From the sequence record PP359570: 64,000 nt of DNA. One strand, 5' to 3'. The notes under the pieces are model-generated. The model was given only the letters and a program-made list of their open reading frames with translations, was not told the DNA's origin and did no database searches. The translations under genes and the position numbers were made by a program. Shown piece by piece: positions 22,025 to 30,618 of this stretch. Numbering within the stretch: the first letter of the stretch is position 1; each line of letters starts with the position of its first letter. Source of the DNA: Escherichia phage ALITA.

Positions 22025-22483
22025 ATGAAAGAGGTTAAACATTATCCACATGGTCGTAGTTTTGTAGCTGTATGGCATGTTCCTGCTCGTAATGAACTAT
22101 TTTGTGCATCTTTTCATTACAAAGATGGACAATATTTCACCTATGACGAAACGATGGATGATTTTATCCCAGAGTGCGATCATGGGTATACACCAATGTT
22201 CTTTAAACGTATGAAAGCTCGTTTCTTCGTTACAGATGTTGATGGTGAACCTACTTGGCACATCGAAGAAGATTGGCAAGATTCTGTGGATATTAAAGAA
22301 GCCCCAGAATGGGCTACACTACTGGTACACGTCAAAACCCCTACTCTTGACGTTATGGCGTGGGTTAATCATGATGATACCCATTACCAATACATAAATG
22401 GTAGCACAGAGATTTCTGGTGAGATTATTGGTCGTTGGAAGCCTACGAATCAGGTTGCTATTGTCGGGTATAAGACAGTATAA
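22025..22483 (+). CDS. hypothetical protein
   Basis: 152-aa ORF with AAGGAG RBS. Confidence 0.7.
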   Translation: MKEVKHYPHGRSFVAVWHVPARNELFCASFHYKDGQYFTYDETMDDFIPECDHGYTPMFFKRMKARFFVTDVDGEPTWHIEEDWQDSVDIKEAPEWATLLVHVKTPTLDVMAWVNHDDTHYQYINGSTEISGEIIGRWKPTNQVAIVGYKTV

Positions 22484-22484
22484 T

Positions 22485-22679
22485 ATGAAAAATAATGTAG
22501 ATTGGGATGATTTATCCGATTTTGAAAAATGGTTCTTAGGTAGTGGTTGTTATGCAGATGGGGATCTCGAAAGAGATCCTTCTGGAAACTACACTATGCC
22601 ATTAACCCAAGGTTTTTATGAGTGCTGGTGCGCAGCACAAAACAACGTACTGATTAAGGAGACAACACAATGCAATTAA
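22485..22679 (+). CDS. hypothetical protein (64 aa)
   Basis: Start at MKNNVDWDD, 1 nt after previous stop. Confidence 0.5.
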   Translation: MKNNVDWDDLSDFEKWFLGSGCYADGDLERDPSGNYTMPLTQGFYECWCAAQNNVLIKETTQCN

Positions 22680-22909
22680 ACATCGGACAACCAATTTTTG
22701 ATGCAGATACTGGTCAATATGCAGTGATTGTTGCTCGTATGAGCGGTGATGACCTTATTGTTTCAGAACTACTCGGATCAGATCCGCAACTGCGCGTAGT
22801 ATGTGACCTATATCTTCGAGACGAAAGTGATCGCATTGCACTGAAAGAAGATGGTATGCTCTACTATACCTGGACTAGAGATCCTGGGGTAACGGAGGTA
22901 GAGGTATAA
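22670..22909 (+). CDS. hypothetical protein
   Basis: 79-aa ORF with AAGGAG RBS. Confidence 0.65.
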   Translation: MQLNIGQPIFDADTGQYAVIVARMSGDDLIVSELLGSDPQLRVVCDLYLRDESDRIALKEDGMLYYTWTRDPGVTEVEV

Positions 22910-23208
22910 TGGTAAGGAATAGGGGTTTACATAAAAGAAGACACCTTACTTACTGGCATCGTAAAGTACATGAACCTGTATCAAAGAAAGAATGGCAATA
23001 TCTGCCTTATGGGAAGGAGCGAAGAAAGTATCTGTTAGCTCACTTAAGGGTACATGGTTCTCTTCCTGTTAACAGTAAGTGGCAATTGCAAACAGCTTAT
23101 GACGAAGATATGAAATATCTGTTAAAGAGAGGCATTATTTGCCTTGTTAAGATAGGACGATGGAAATCTCGTCAATCTTATATCGTACTTAAACAGGAGA
23201 AACGATGA
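22909..23208 (+). CDS. basic protein, possible nucleic-acid binder
   Basis: 99 aa, very K/R/H-rich; GGAGGTAGAGG RBS. Confidence 0.6.
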   Translation: MVRNRGLHKRRHLTYWHRKVHEPVSKKEWQYLPYGKERRKYLLAHLRVHGSLPVNSKWQLQTAYDEDMKYLLKRGIICLVKIGRWKSRQSYIVLKQEKR

Positions 23209-23456
23209 ATATCAAAGATGTTGTAGCATACGTAGAAGATGAAGTTAAAAACCATACAAGTTTACTGAAAGTAATGGTTGTGGTTAAAGATGGTATTGGA
23301 CAAGTAAACGTACAACATGTCTTATCTGACACTGTATATAATGTGTTTGAATGTAAAGAAACACCTCATGGAGTACGTGTGGTTTATATTGATAACAATT
23401 TCAAAGAATGTGTGAGACATACCTTAGAAAATGAACTAAGGATCACAATCTTATGA
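23205..23456 (+). CDS. hypothetical protein
   Basis: 83-aa ORF, ATGA overlap. Confidence 0.65.
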   Translation: MNIKDVVAYVEDEVKNHTSLLKVMVVVKDGIGQVNVQHVLSDTVYNVFECKETPHGVRVVYIDNNFKECVRHTLENELRITIL

Positions 23457-23626
23457 GTTATTATGTTGTACCTTATGCCAATAAGTGGAGAGTAAGAGAA
23501 ACTTGTTTTCTATTCTCCTGGTGGGCTACGTTCGGAGATGGTTGTGGAAATGATACAGGAAAGCCTGTAGAGTACGACACAAAAGAAGAATGTGAACAGT
23601 GGATAAAATTAACACAAAGATGTTGA
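23453..23626 (+). CDS. 57-aa Cys-rich protein (hand-called)
   Basis: ATGA overlap with previous stop; MSYYVVPYANKWRV... Confidence 0.45.
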   Translation: MSYYVVPYANKWRVRETCFLFSWWATFGDGCGNDTGKPVEYDTKEECEQWIKLTQRC

Positions 23627-23651
23627 CACGATCTTAACTTCTTGTTAGTAT
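23623..23651 (+). promoter_or_regulatory. sigma70-like promoter TTGACA-N17-TAGTAT
   Basis: Consensus hexamers 30 nt upstream of 23680. Confidence 0.5.
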
Positions 23652-23679
23652 CAATGTGTACTAACGATAAGGAGGGTTT

Positions 23680-23904
23680 ATGAAGTCTGTAAACAAGTTG
23701 CAACAATTTTTGTTATCAACAGCAATCTTTTTGCTTTTGTTAATTGGTATTCTGTATGGTGCATCTAACTTATACAATCTACATAATGATGTAGAACAGA
23801 ATAAAGAGAAGTGCATCATTCTAAAACACAAGAAACAAGCAGAAGATTTCTTAAAGAATAAGTGTTACAACTACATTGATTATGAGGAGACAAACAATGA
23901 TTAA
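23680..23904 (+). CDS. paralog family B membrane-anchored protein
   Basis: TM segment + KEKCIILKHKKQAEDFL; AAGGAGGG RBS. Confidence 0.65.
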   Translation: MKSVNKLQQFLLSTAIFLLLLIGILYGASNLYNLHNDVEQNKEKCIILKHKKQAEDFLKNKCYNYIDYEETNND

Positions 23905-24139
23905 AGAATTAGGTATGCGAGTATACAGTGAGTGGACTCCAAGCAATGGCCCAGGAGTTGTTGCAGCTAAATGTATCAATGGTCGTATTGAGTACCTGGA
24001 AGGGTATGAAGATAATGAAGAGTTAGTAGATTATGCTAAATCTTTTATTGAAGATGATACAGACTTTATTGTATTATATGATACAGGAGAGTTAGAGTAT
24101 GGATATGATGGAGATGGGGATATCTTTGAACTTCAATAA
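23897..24139 (+). CDS. hypothetical acidic protein
   Basis: Start at MIKELGMRVY with GAGGAG RBS. Confidence 0.6.
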   Translation: MIKELGMRVYSEWTPSNGPGVVAAKCINGRIEYLEGYEDNEELVDYAKSFIEDDTDFIVLYDTGELEYGYDGDGDIFELQ

Positions 24140-24346
24140 GAGTAGTAAGTAAGGTATAAAGAGTATATAGTTAGTTATAGAGTTAGTAACATTACATATA
24201 CTCTTTCCATGTATAACATGGAATATTCTCTACCTCGCTATCGCTCGGTATATAAGATTAGGGTAGCATGTTTTTTACGAAAAGTAAAACTGTTTATACC
24301 GATTGATAGCAGGTTTTTAATAGATTCTATCTATGAGGAGTAAAAA

Positions 24347-24565
24347 GTGTACAAATTATATAAAGGAAAAGATAAGTTTACGGGTAATACATCTGGTTTC
24401 TATGTAACACCACGTGGCGTTGCCGTATTTGATTGGATTCCTGGTACTCCAGATCGTGAAATGATCTCTCTTGTAAAACTGTCGGAACAAGAGTACACTT
24501 ACGGTGACATTACAACATTCTATTCTCGTGCAGAAAATCCAAAACTGATCGCGGAGTGGGAATAA
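24347..24565 (+). CDS. hypothetical protein (GTG start)
   Basis: GAGGAG 6 nt upstream of GTG. Confidence 0.6.
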   Translation: MYKLYKGKDKFTGNTSGFYVTPRGVAVFDWIPGTPDREMISLVKLSEQEYTYGDITTFYSRAENPKLIAEWE

Positions 24566-24828
24566 TGGTTACACGATATGGCTTAGAGGTGTACAGCCAA
24601 GGTGCTGCTGGTCAATGTGATATTGTACCAGATCCAGAAGGAGACTATGTTCTTCTTGCTGATTACAACAAGCTAGAAGAAAGACTTCTGGCTGTGTATG
24701 CTAAAGAGAACAAAACAATCTGTCCTTATTGCAATGGAATGGGTTGGGTGGTTGCAGATGTTGGACAAATGTATGAATGTGTACCTTGTAAAACCACAGG
24801 CTTTATTGAAAAGGATACTGACAAATGA
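24565..24828 (+). CDS. paralog family C protein with DnaJ-type CxxCxGxG zinc finger
   Basis: CDIVPDPEGDYV...; CPYCNGMGWV...CVPCKTTGFI. Confidence 0.6.
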   Translation: MVTRYGLEVYSQGAAGQCDIVPDPEGDYVLLADYNKLEERLLAVYAKENKTICPYCNGMGWVVADVGQMYECVPCKTTGFIEKDTDK

Positions 24829-25073
24829 CTGTAGCAGATAAAATGAGAGAACTGGCAGAAAACGCAGAACTTAACAAAGCAAAAGAGAGTTTACAAAACG
24901 TCTACGCGTATATTGAAAGAGCAGCTAAAGATGGAGACAGAGAAGCTGCTATATATACGCTTTATCCAACTTTCGTAAAAGTTAGTTTGGATGCTGAAGG
25001 TTTTTCAACTTTTATTGATACAGAAACATCTCATTACGATGAAAACTTTACTCGAATAGTTATTCGATGGTAA
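24825..25073 (+). CDS. hypothetical protein
   Basis: 82-aa ORF, ATGA overlap. Confidence 0.65.
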   Translation: MTVADKMRELAENAELNKAKESLQNVYAYIERAAKDGDREAAIYTLYPTFVKVSLDAEGFSTFIDTETSHYDENFTRIVIRW

Positions 25074-25178
25074 ATTTCTGATATTTATGCGCCCTGGCTA
25101 CCTGGGCGTAATAAATTCAGCTTATATTTGATCCGCGCCTTCGGCGCTTAGGCAAAGCCACGCCACACAGGAGAGTTT

Positions 25179-25589
25179 ATGTTCAAATGGTTAAAAGAGT
25201 TTCTAACATCTTTGGCAGAACCTAAGCAAGATGTTATTAAAAGCTCTATCACAGGAAAACCGCTTGTTATAGTTACAGGCGGTTTTGGTCATGGGTTTTC
25301 TCTTAAACAAACAGATATAGGTTTACAGGGATCTTTGATTAGTTTTAGAATCACCCAACTAGGAGATAATAGACAAACAATCTTAGACCTTTTCAATGGG
25401 GAATTTGATGACTATTTATCCAAGAGTGGTAAAGAACGTCTGATCGAGCATATAAAACACCGCTATGAGCATGGTGGTTACTACTTAGATACAAAACGTA
25501 ATGCACAAGGTGATCTTGACATAGTTCGTATAGCGTGGGATAATGAATTTAAAACTAAACTTGGTAAACTTCTGGAGGAGTTATGGTAA
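25179..25589 (+). CDS. hypothetical protein
   Basis: 136-aa ORF with AGGAG RBS. Confidence 0.7.
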   Translation: MFKWLKEFLTSLAEPKQDVIKSSITGKPLVIVTGGFGHGFSLKQTDIGLQGSLISFRITQLGDNRQTILDLFNGEFDDYLSKSGKERLIEHIKHRYEHGGYYLDTKRNAQGDLDIVRIAWDNEFKTKLGKLLEELW

Positions 25590-25765
25590 ATATTAAAACA
25601 GGTGATATTGTACGTCTTGCCAGTGAAGAAATGTTAATGACTGTAATGGTATCTACTTATGATACTTGCGAAGTGGTATGGTTTGATGTTAATGAACAAC
25701 TACAGAAAGCTACATTTGATAAACGTATGCTTCGTAAAGTTGAAGAAGTGAAGGAGGAAGAATAA
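25583..25765 (+). CDS. DUF2158-like small protein
   Basis: GDIVRLASEEMLMTV...CEVVWFD pattern recalled from the YodC/DUF2158 family; GGAGGAG RBS. Confidence 0.55.
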   Translation: MVNIKTGDIVRLASEEMLMTVMVSTYDTCEVVWFDVNEQLQKATFDKRMLRKVEEVKEEE

Positions 25766-25766
25766 T

Positions 25767-25979
25767 ATGACAATGTTGCTTCGTATGTTTGTGTTTCTTA
25801 TGTTCTGGATTATCGTTGGTAACGGTATTGTATTTTTGATTTTTCCTGAAGTAATGACAGGTAATGAAAATAAGGCAGTGCCTTACATTATGCTTATCGG
25901 TTACGGTATTGGTACACTTGGATTACTGTTTGCTGACTGGTTAGTCAATACCTTGTTCTCTAAGTACAGGAACAACTAA
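25767..25979 (+). CDS. membrane protein (2 TM)
   Basis: MFVFLMFWIIVGNGIVFLIF and IMLIGYGIGTLGLLFADWLV. Confidence 0.65.
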   Translation: MTMLLRMFVFLMFWIIVGNGIVFLIFPEVMTGNENKAVPYIMLIGYGIGTLGLLFADWLVNTLFSKYRNN

Positions 25980-25980
25980 T

Positions 25981-26253
25981 ATGTCAGAAAAATTACCTAA
26001 TGTTTTCTTTTGTTTTGTAGATTGTGTTACACAAGAAATTATAGTTGACGAAGAAGGTATGTTTACTTATTTTGCATCTGAAGAAGAGGCAAAACTATCA
26101 GCTATGAAATGTATAAGCCAACTATCAGTACCTGCTGTCAACAGGTTCGGTATTGCACAGGTGTATAAAACAGTAACAGAGTTTACACCAGATCGAAAAC
26201 TAACTTTTCTTAACGTTCACTTTGTTTGTAAGTTTAGTGAACTACGACATTAA
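25981..26253 (+). CDS. hypothetical protein
   Basis: 90-aa ORF, 1 nt after previous stop. Confidence 0.6.
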   Translation: MSEKLPNVFFCFVDCVTQEIIVDEEGMFTYFASEEEAKLSAMKCISQLSVPAVNRFGIAQVYKTVTEFTPDRKLTFLNVHFVCKFSELRH

Positions 26254-26266
26254 ATCAGGAGTAAAA

Positions 26267-26866
26267 ATGAAAGAATATTGGAGTGGTGAGAAGGGCTTAC
26301 TGAAGCCAGGAATGCTTTTGCGAGTGAAGAACATGTTGATCACACAAGATTACATAATGCCTAACCCTGGAGCATTAGTAGAATTCCTTACTGCGCGAGA
26401 TCAACCTGGGGTTGGTGAAATGTGGATTGTAACGTGGATATCTCTCGATGGTAAATTGCGCGTTGCTCCTATTGACCCAAAACACCTAGAATCTCCTTAC
26501 GCCAGTATTGATCCTCGGATCATAGATTTGGCTAGAGTTTATAAAGCTCGGACTGGTGTAGAATTAAATGTGGAAATTTTAAATCAATGTATTGACTTCT
26601 TACCGGAAAAAGTGCATAATGCACAACAAGAAGGCAACGGTTTAGAAGTTGTTCTTCTTAATGATGGGATGTTCTCTGGTTTGGCATCCGTAGATTTTCC
26701 AATAACATTAAGATTGTTACCTGGAGAATATGTACTGGATGAAGATACTATTGCTATATCCTCTAAGATTTTAGAACTCATTCCAGGTGCAAGGTGTGTT
26801 GGTGATACATCTTCCTTGCTGTTTACCCTGAATGAAGAAGCCATTATAGTTAAAAAGGAGAAGTAA
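26267..26866 (+). CDS. hypothetical protein
   Basis: Start at MKEYWSGEK with AGGAG RBS; 199 aa. Confidence 0.65.
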   Translation: MKEYWSGEKGLLKPGMLLRVKNMLITQDYIMPNPGALVEFLTARDQPGVGEMWIVTWISLDGKLRVAPIDPKHLESPYASIDPRIIDLARVYKARTGVELNVEILNQCIDFLPEKVHNAQQEGNGLEVVLLNDGMFSGLASVDFPITLRLLPGEYVLDEDTIAISSKILELIPGARCVGDTSSLLFTLNEEAIIVKKEK

Positions 26867-26971
26867 ATGATGACGTTTATTGTTGGTGTTGTTGTTGGTT
26901 ATTTTGGTCACAAGTACCAAGATGTTATCATCGCTAAAGTTGACGAAGTAATCGAAAAATTTAAACACTAA
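26867..26971 (+). CDS. 34-aa peptide with N-terminal hydrophobic segment (hand-called)
   Basis: AAGGAGAAGTAAATG; abuts previous stop. Confidence 0.4.
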   Translation: MMTFIVGVVVGYFGHKYQDVIIAKVDEVIEKFKH

Positions 26972-27022
26972 TTTTTTAAAAGGCTGTACTGCTGTGCAGC
27001 CTATCTTTCAAAGGAGAGTAAA

Positions 27023-27196
27023 ATGTTCAAAGATACCAATTATAAATGTGTACATTGTGGTAAATCTTTTGGTGATCACAAAGCTAAAACATTCAATTGT
27101 CCACGAAAAGGGCGGGGTAGCTTTAAAGGTTTTAATCCATCCCACGTTTATTCTCCCAACTACGAGAAACCAGAAGAAGAAAAATTTGTAATCTGA
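27023..27196 (+). CDS. 57-aa zinc-ribbon-like protein (hand-called)
   Basis: AAGGAGAG RBS; CVHCGK...FNCPRKG; preferred over the track ORF 26994..27191 in another frame. Confidence 0.5.
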   Translation: MFKDTNYKCVHCGKSFGDHKAKTFNCPRKGRGSFKGFNPSHVYSPNYEKPEEEKFVI

Positions 27197-27205
27197 GGAG
27201 GCAAT

Positions 27206-27493
27206 ATGGAACTAGTGCAAGAAGTTTATGAAAAACTGAAAGAAGAGAATCTTGATTGGCCTGAACATGCTCTTATTGTCGTCAAAGATACTAATGGTGA
27301 AATAAAATTCTCAAGTGTAAGTGAAGATGATGTTGTTTTAAGTCCTACAGGATATTATATGAGAGGTGTTACGTGTCTATTCAACACCAAAGTGTATCCT
27401 GAAATTAAACTTAGTTACGGTGAACCTGATCATCCAGAAATCGTTACACGTAATGAATATGAAAATTATTATTTTGCTCGTGAAAGCAAATAA
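27206..27493 (+). CDS. hypothetical protein
   Basis: 95-aa ORF with GAGGAGG RBS. Confidence 0.7.
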   Translation: MELVQEVYEKLKEENLDWPEHALIVVKDTNGEIKFSSVSEDDVVLSPTGYYMRGVTCLFNTKVYPEIKLSYGEPDHPEIVTRNEYENYYFARESK

Positions 27494-27501
27494 GGAAAAC
27501 T

Positions 27502-27825
27502 ATGCAAAAAATAAACACTGGTTCTCGTCCTAAACAGAAGCAAACAAAAGCAAGGGTATCTTATGTTGACAACTCTTGTTATAATTTCAAAAATGTTAAA
27601 GAAGTTATCATTGATGAAAAAGAAGGTTTGATTCACATTTCATCTGAACGTTTGAAAGGTAGTGTTACTCTTCGTGAGAATGTATCTATACCTATGAAAG
27701 TTGTGGCTACACTCTGTGTTGATAAACCAGATGTTGTTAACTACTATGTGTTCCGTGATAGTTGTATTTCATTACATAACAAGATTTTTAAATCTTCGCA
27801 CGTTAAAACAAAACACATTGTATAA
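27502..27825 (+). CDS. hypothetical protein
   Basis: 107-aa ORF with TAAGGA RBS. Confidence 0.65.
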   Translation: MQKINTGSRPKQKQTKARVSYVDNSCYNFKNVKEVIIDEKEGLIHISSERLKGSVTLRENVSIPMKVVATLCVDKPDVVNYYVFRDSCISLHNKIFKSSHVKTKHIV

Positions 27826-27832
27826 CACATAA

Positions 27833-27854
27833 ACCCGCTTCGGCGGGTTTTCTT
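27833..27854 (+). terminator. intrinsic terminator ACCCGC-TTCG-GCGGGT + T-run
   Basis: 28-nt sequence identical to the terminator at 2873-2900. Confidence 0.7.
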
Positions 27855-27899
27855 GTATGTGTGTTTTTATTTGTCTTAGCATAAACAATAGGAGGTATT

Positions 27900-28121
27900 A
27901 TGTCTGTAGTTGTAGAAGGTAGTATTGGTTTCTTAGTAGATAACCCTCACCCTTTCGTGGTTAAGGTTCATATTCAAGAAAAGGTAAGCAACAATACGTG
28001 GTTGTGCTTGTTAGATAGTAAGATACACTCTTATACAGAGGTTTATCTTCACACTTGGCAAATTGGTACGATAACAGCAGAGGATGAATTGATAATTGAA
28101 CTATATGAACGAGATCTATAG
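27900..28121 (+). CDS. hypothetical protein
   Basis: 73-aa ORF with TAGGAGG RBS. Confidence 0.65.
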   Translation: MSVVVEGSIGFLVDNPHPFVVKVHIQEKVSNNTWLCLLDSKIHSYTEVYLHTWQIGTITAEDELIIELYERDL

Positions 28122-28196
28122 ATGACTTTATTAGAGAGTATCGTAGTGTTAATCATCTTTATCATTGTTGTCATAGGATATTTTACAGAAGACTAA
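28122..28196 (+). CDS. 24-aa hydrophobic peptide (hand-called)
   Basis: ATG abuts previous TAG; MTLLESIVVLIIFIIVVIGYF. Confidence 0.35.
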   Translation: MTLLESIVVLIIFIIVVIGYFTED

Positions 28197-28197
28197 A

Positions 28198-28233
28198 ATA
28201 AAGCCCCTAGAATCGCTTCTAGGGGGCTTTTGT
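28198..28233. terminator. bidirectional terminator at the convergence of + and - gene blocks
   Basis: AGCCCCTAGAA-TCGC-TTCTAGGGGGCT with an A-run on the left and a T-run on the right. Confidence 0.7.
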
Positions 28234-28297
28234 TTGCATTAGATAGGGAAACGTATTACTAAAATAAAAAGTGCGTTAGAATGCGTTACAGGAGGTT

Positions 28298-28555
28298 TTA
28301 AGAATGCATAAAATCTTCTTCAGGGCAGGTTGAGAGATAAGAGATGCACGTTGGGACAACAACAACATTATCTTTAAGGTTTGCAACCAAGCCTTTTGTA
28401 ATTCCAGCCACTGCCCCGTTAATATCTGCTTGACGGATACCGAAACCTTGTTGTGCGGATAGATAACAAAATCCCTCACCTTTCTGTTGATTATTATTGA
28501 AGTAATAAACGTAGTGCATCATAAAATGGTCTTTAACGATTTGTTCTGTGGTCAT
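28298..28555 (-). CDS. hypothetical protein
   Basis: 85-aa ORF with TAGGAGAA RBS; last gene of the minus block. Confidence 0.6.
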   Translation of the reverse strand: MTTEQIVKDHFMMHYVYYFNNNQQKGEGFCYLSAQQGFGIRQADINGAVAGITKGLVANLKDNVVVVPTCISYLSTCPEEDFMHS

Positions 28556-28571
28556 AATATTCTCCTATAAG

Positions 28572-28590
28572 AAAAGGGGCTTTCGCCCCC
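28572..28590 (-). terminator. hairpin GGGGC-GAAA-GCCCC + TTTT
   Basis: Just after the Sir2 stop; same hairpin recurs at 39854 and 52941. Confidence 0.55.
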
Positions 28591-28599
28591 TTGGTCAAG

Positions 28600-29412
28600 T
28601 TACTTAGTCAAATGATCTTCTATCATTTTTATGAAAGCAGGATTGCTAAAAGCCTCTGCTGCCTTTTCTCTATAAACAAAGACTCCTCTATCTTCGTAAA
28701 GAAGAGTTTCTTCGTAATTAATTCCTGGGTTAACAACAATCATTTTTGTACCCATATTAAGTGCAGGGAATAATTCCCAATTAAAATTGATAACTTGGTT
28801 TGAACATCCTACTACAACAACCAAATCTTGCATGGTCAAAGTATCAAACAAGTGAGCCATATCTGCATACAAAGGTGCAGCCTCACCAAAAAATACAACA
28901 TTAGGCTTCACCCAGTTATAATCATCTATGTTTATACTATTGTAACCAATGTCTACCAGTGTTTTGTAATCTCCAGGATGCATACGGTAAACTACTTCAG
29001 GAAGATACCCGTGCACGTGAATAACAGAATCCCTGTCCACACCTGCTCGCTCTAATAGATCATCAACGTTTGTTGTCAAGTTTACTACTTGGTTAGGATA
29101 TTCCTTAAACCACTTTGCTATTTGAATATGTGCAGCATTAGGTTGTACATCTTTAAGCTCAACACGTCTTTTGTTATAAAATTCGTGTGTTTTGGCATAC
29201 AAATCCATACCGTTCTCGTCTACACCACCGACCACTGGAAGATCTGGAGATGTTCTCACACGATAACCTGCTTGGAAAGCTCCAATATCGCAGACCTCTT
29301 CTAAATCATATTCTTCCCACAAGGCACGACCACTATCTGTGTCTGTTCGGAACGTTCGAATCCCACTGTCTGCACTTAAACCTGCGCCACTAACAAAAAT
29401 TACTCTTCGCAT
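28600..29412 (-). CDS. SIR2-family NAD-dependent deacylase / ADP-ribosyltransferase
   Basis: VSGAGLSADSGIRTFR NAD-binding motif at the N-terminus; length and VVVGCS...VN layout typical of CobB-like sirtuins. Confidence 0.85.
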   Translation of the reverse strand: MRRVIFVSGAGLSADSGIRTFRTDTDSGRALWEEYDLEEVCDIGAFQAGYRVRTSPDLPVVGGVDENGMDLYAKTHEFYNKRRVELKDVQPNAAHIQIAKWFKEYPNQVVNLTTNVDDLLERAGVDRDSVIHVHGYLPEVVYRMHPGDYKTLVDIGYNSINIDDYNWVKPNVVFFGEAAPLYADMAHLFDTLTMQDLVVVVGCSNQVINFNWELFPALNMGTKMIVVNPGINYEETLLYEDRGVFVYREKAAEAFSNPAFIKMIEDHLTK

Positions 29413-29954
29413 TCAATATCCTCTTCGTAATCATCATCCCAAGAAGATGCGTCGTAACGCTCTTCCTCTTCGAAATCCCAATTAATTTCTACTCCAAAAT
29501 CTAAAAACAATTTAACAATGTTTTCTGTAGAGTAGTATTTATCATAAGCGTTAGCTAGTTCCCAATACTTGTCACTCAATTTTTTATATTTAGGATCATT
29601 ATAATCATAATCTACTTTATAACCATAATCATACATCTCTTGTTCAGCTTTAAGCATAGCTTCTGGTGTAAGAAGATTAGGGAACGGACGATTTCTTTCT
29701 TTTAACTTAGAAACAATCCAGTTTGCAACATTTGCCACTTCACCATCTTGATTATCACCTAAACAACTTGCATAATCTCCATCTTCGTAAGTGCCTAAAT
29801 CCCCACAGACCACATGTACAATAGATGAATACGATCCACACGTTTCACAATCTGAAAAAGTGTCTACTGTTGTAATATCAATAGATAAAACTGGTAAAGC
29901 CATAGCTTCTTTCACACAAGCCTCCTCATATAATAACATATCATCAAAACCCAT
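29400..29954 (-). CDS. hypothetical acidic protein, translationally coupled to Sir2
   Basis: GGAGG RBS before ATG 29954 (MGFDDML); 13-nt overlap with the Sir2 start; C-terminus DDDYEEDIECEE. Confidence 0.6.
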   Translation of the reverse strand: MGFDDMLLYEEACVKEAMALPVLSIDITTVDTFSDCETCGSYSSIVHVVCGDLGTYEDGDYASCLGDNQDGEVANVANWIVSKLKERNRPFPNLLTPEAMLKAEQEMYDYGYKVDYDYNDPKYKKLSDKYWELANAYDKYYSTENIVKLFLDFGVEINWDFEEEERYDASSWDDDYEEDIECEE

Positions 29955-29970
29955 ATATCCTCCACACAAA

Positions 29971-29990
29971 TAAAGCCCCTGATTGGGGCT
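29971..29990 (-). terminator. hairpin AGCCCC-N5-GGGGCT (weak terminator or RNA-stability element)
   Basis: Sits in the 54-nt gap between two same-strand genes; poor T-run. Confidence 0.35.
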
Positions 29991-30008
29991 TTGGTTAAGT
30001 TTTACGGA

Positions 30009-30617
30009 TTATACCAGACTTTTAAGGTACTTGTCAAGGGCTTCTTGATCACCTTGACAAACATAGCAACGGAAGTCTTGAGCAGAAGGTTCTTTGTCCT
30101 CGTCCCAATCCCAATAAACAGTACCTTTATAACGTGAGCCTGGGAACTCGAAATATGCTGTATGAGTAATATGATGTGGGCCACCCCAAAACTGTATAAA
30201 AGTAAATTGAGGATACGCTGCTTTAACTGTATTTTCAAACCAAGTTTTACGATCTAATGCTTCGTTTATAAAATAAGCATGGCGTTCCATTTCATCCCAG
30301 TTTTTCCAAACGCATTTTTCATCCAGAGAAAAAACAAAATCCTCGCTGTTGAATTCATCTGTATCTTCCAAAATATCATAATCATGTGCACTAGGTATCC
30401 ACCATCCAGCTTCTAATAGTGCTTTCACGGGTACAAAACCTTTTTCAGCATATTGATCAAATTCTTTTACTCTACGTACAGTGCAGTATTCATCTTCACC
30501 ACCAATGTCCAGCAGACAAGCACCTTTGCGTCTTGCTGCAAGACCATGTGTATCAAAAACTACAACACTACCTTCACCATCTTCACGATCTACTTGATAT
30601 GCAACTTTTTGAGTCAT
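30009..30617 (-). CDS. hypothetical protein
   Basis: 202-aa ORF. Confidence 0.65.
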   Translation of the reverse strand: MTQKVAYQVDREDGEGSVVVFDTHGLAARRKGACLLDIGGEDEYCTVRRVKEFDQYAEKGFVPVKALLEAGWWIPSAHDYDILEDTDEFNSEDFVFSLDEKCVWKNWDEMERHAYFINEALDRKTWFENTVKAAYPQFTFIQFWGGPHHITHTAYFEFPGSRYKGTVYWDWDEDKEPSAQDFRCYVCQGDQEALDKYLKSLV

Positions 30618-30618
30618 A

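Noticed and set aside
26994-27191. 65-aa track ORF
   Set aside because: It starts inside the terminator-like hairpin and has no RBS. The overlapping frame 27023..27196 has an AAGGAGAG RBS and a zinc-ribbon-like sequence, so that frame was called instead.
29971-29990. Hairpin between 30009..30617 and 29400..29954 as a true operon boundary
   Set aside because: The T-run is poor and there is no room for a promoter in the 54-nt gap. I kept it only as a low-confidence terminator or stability element.
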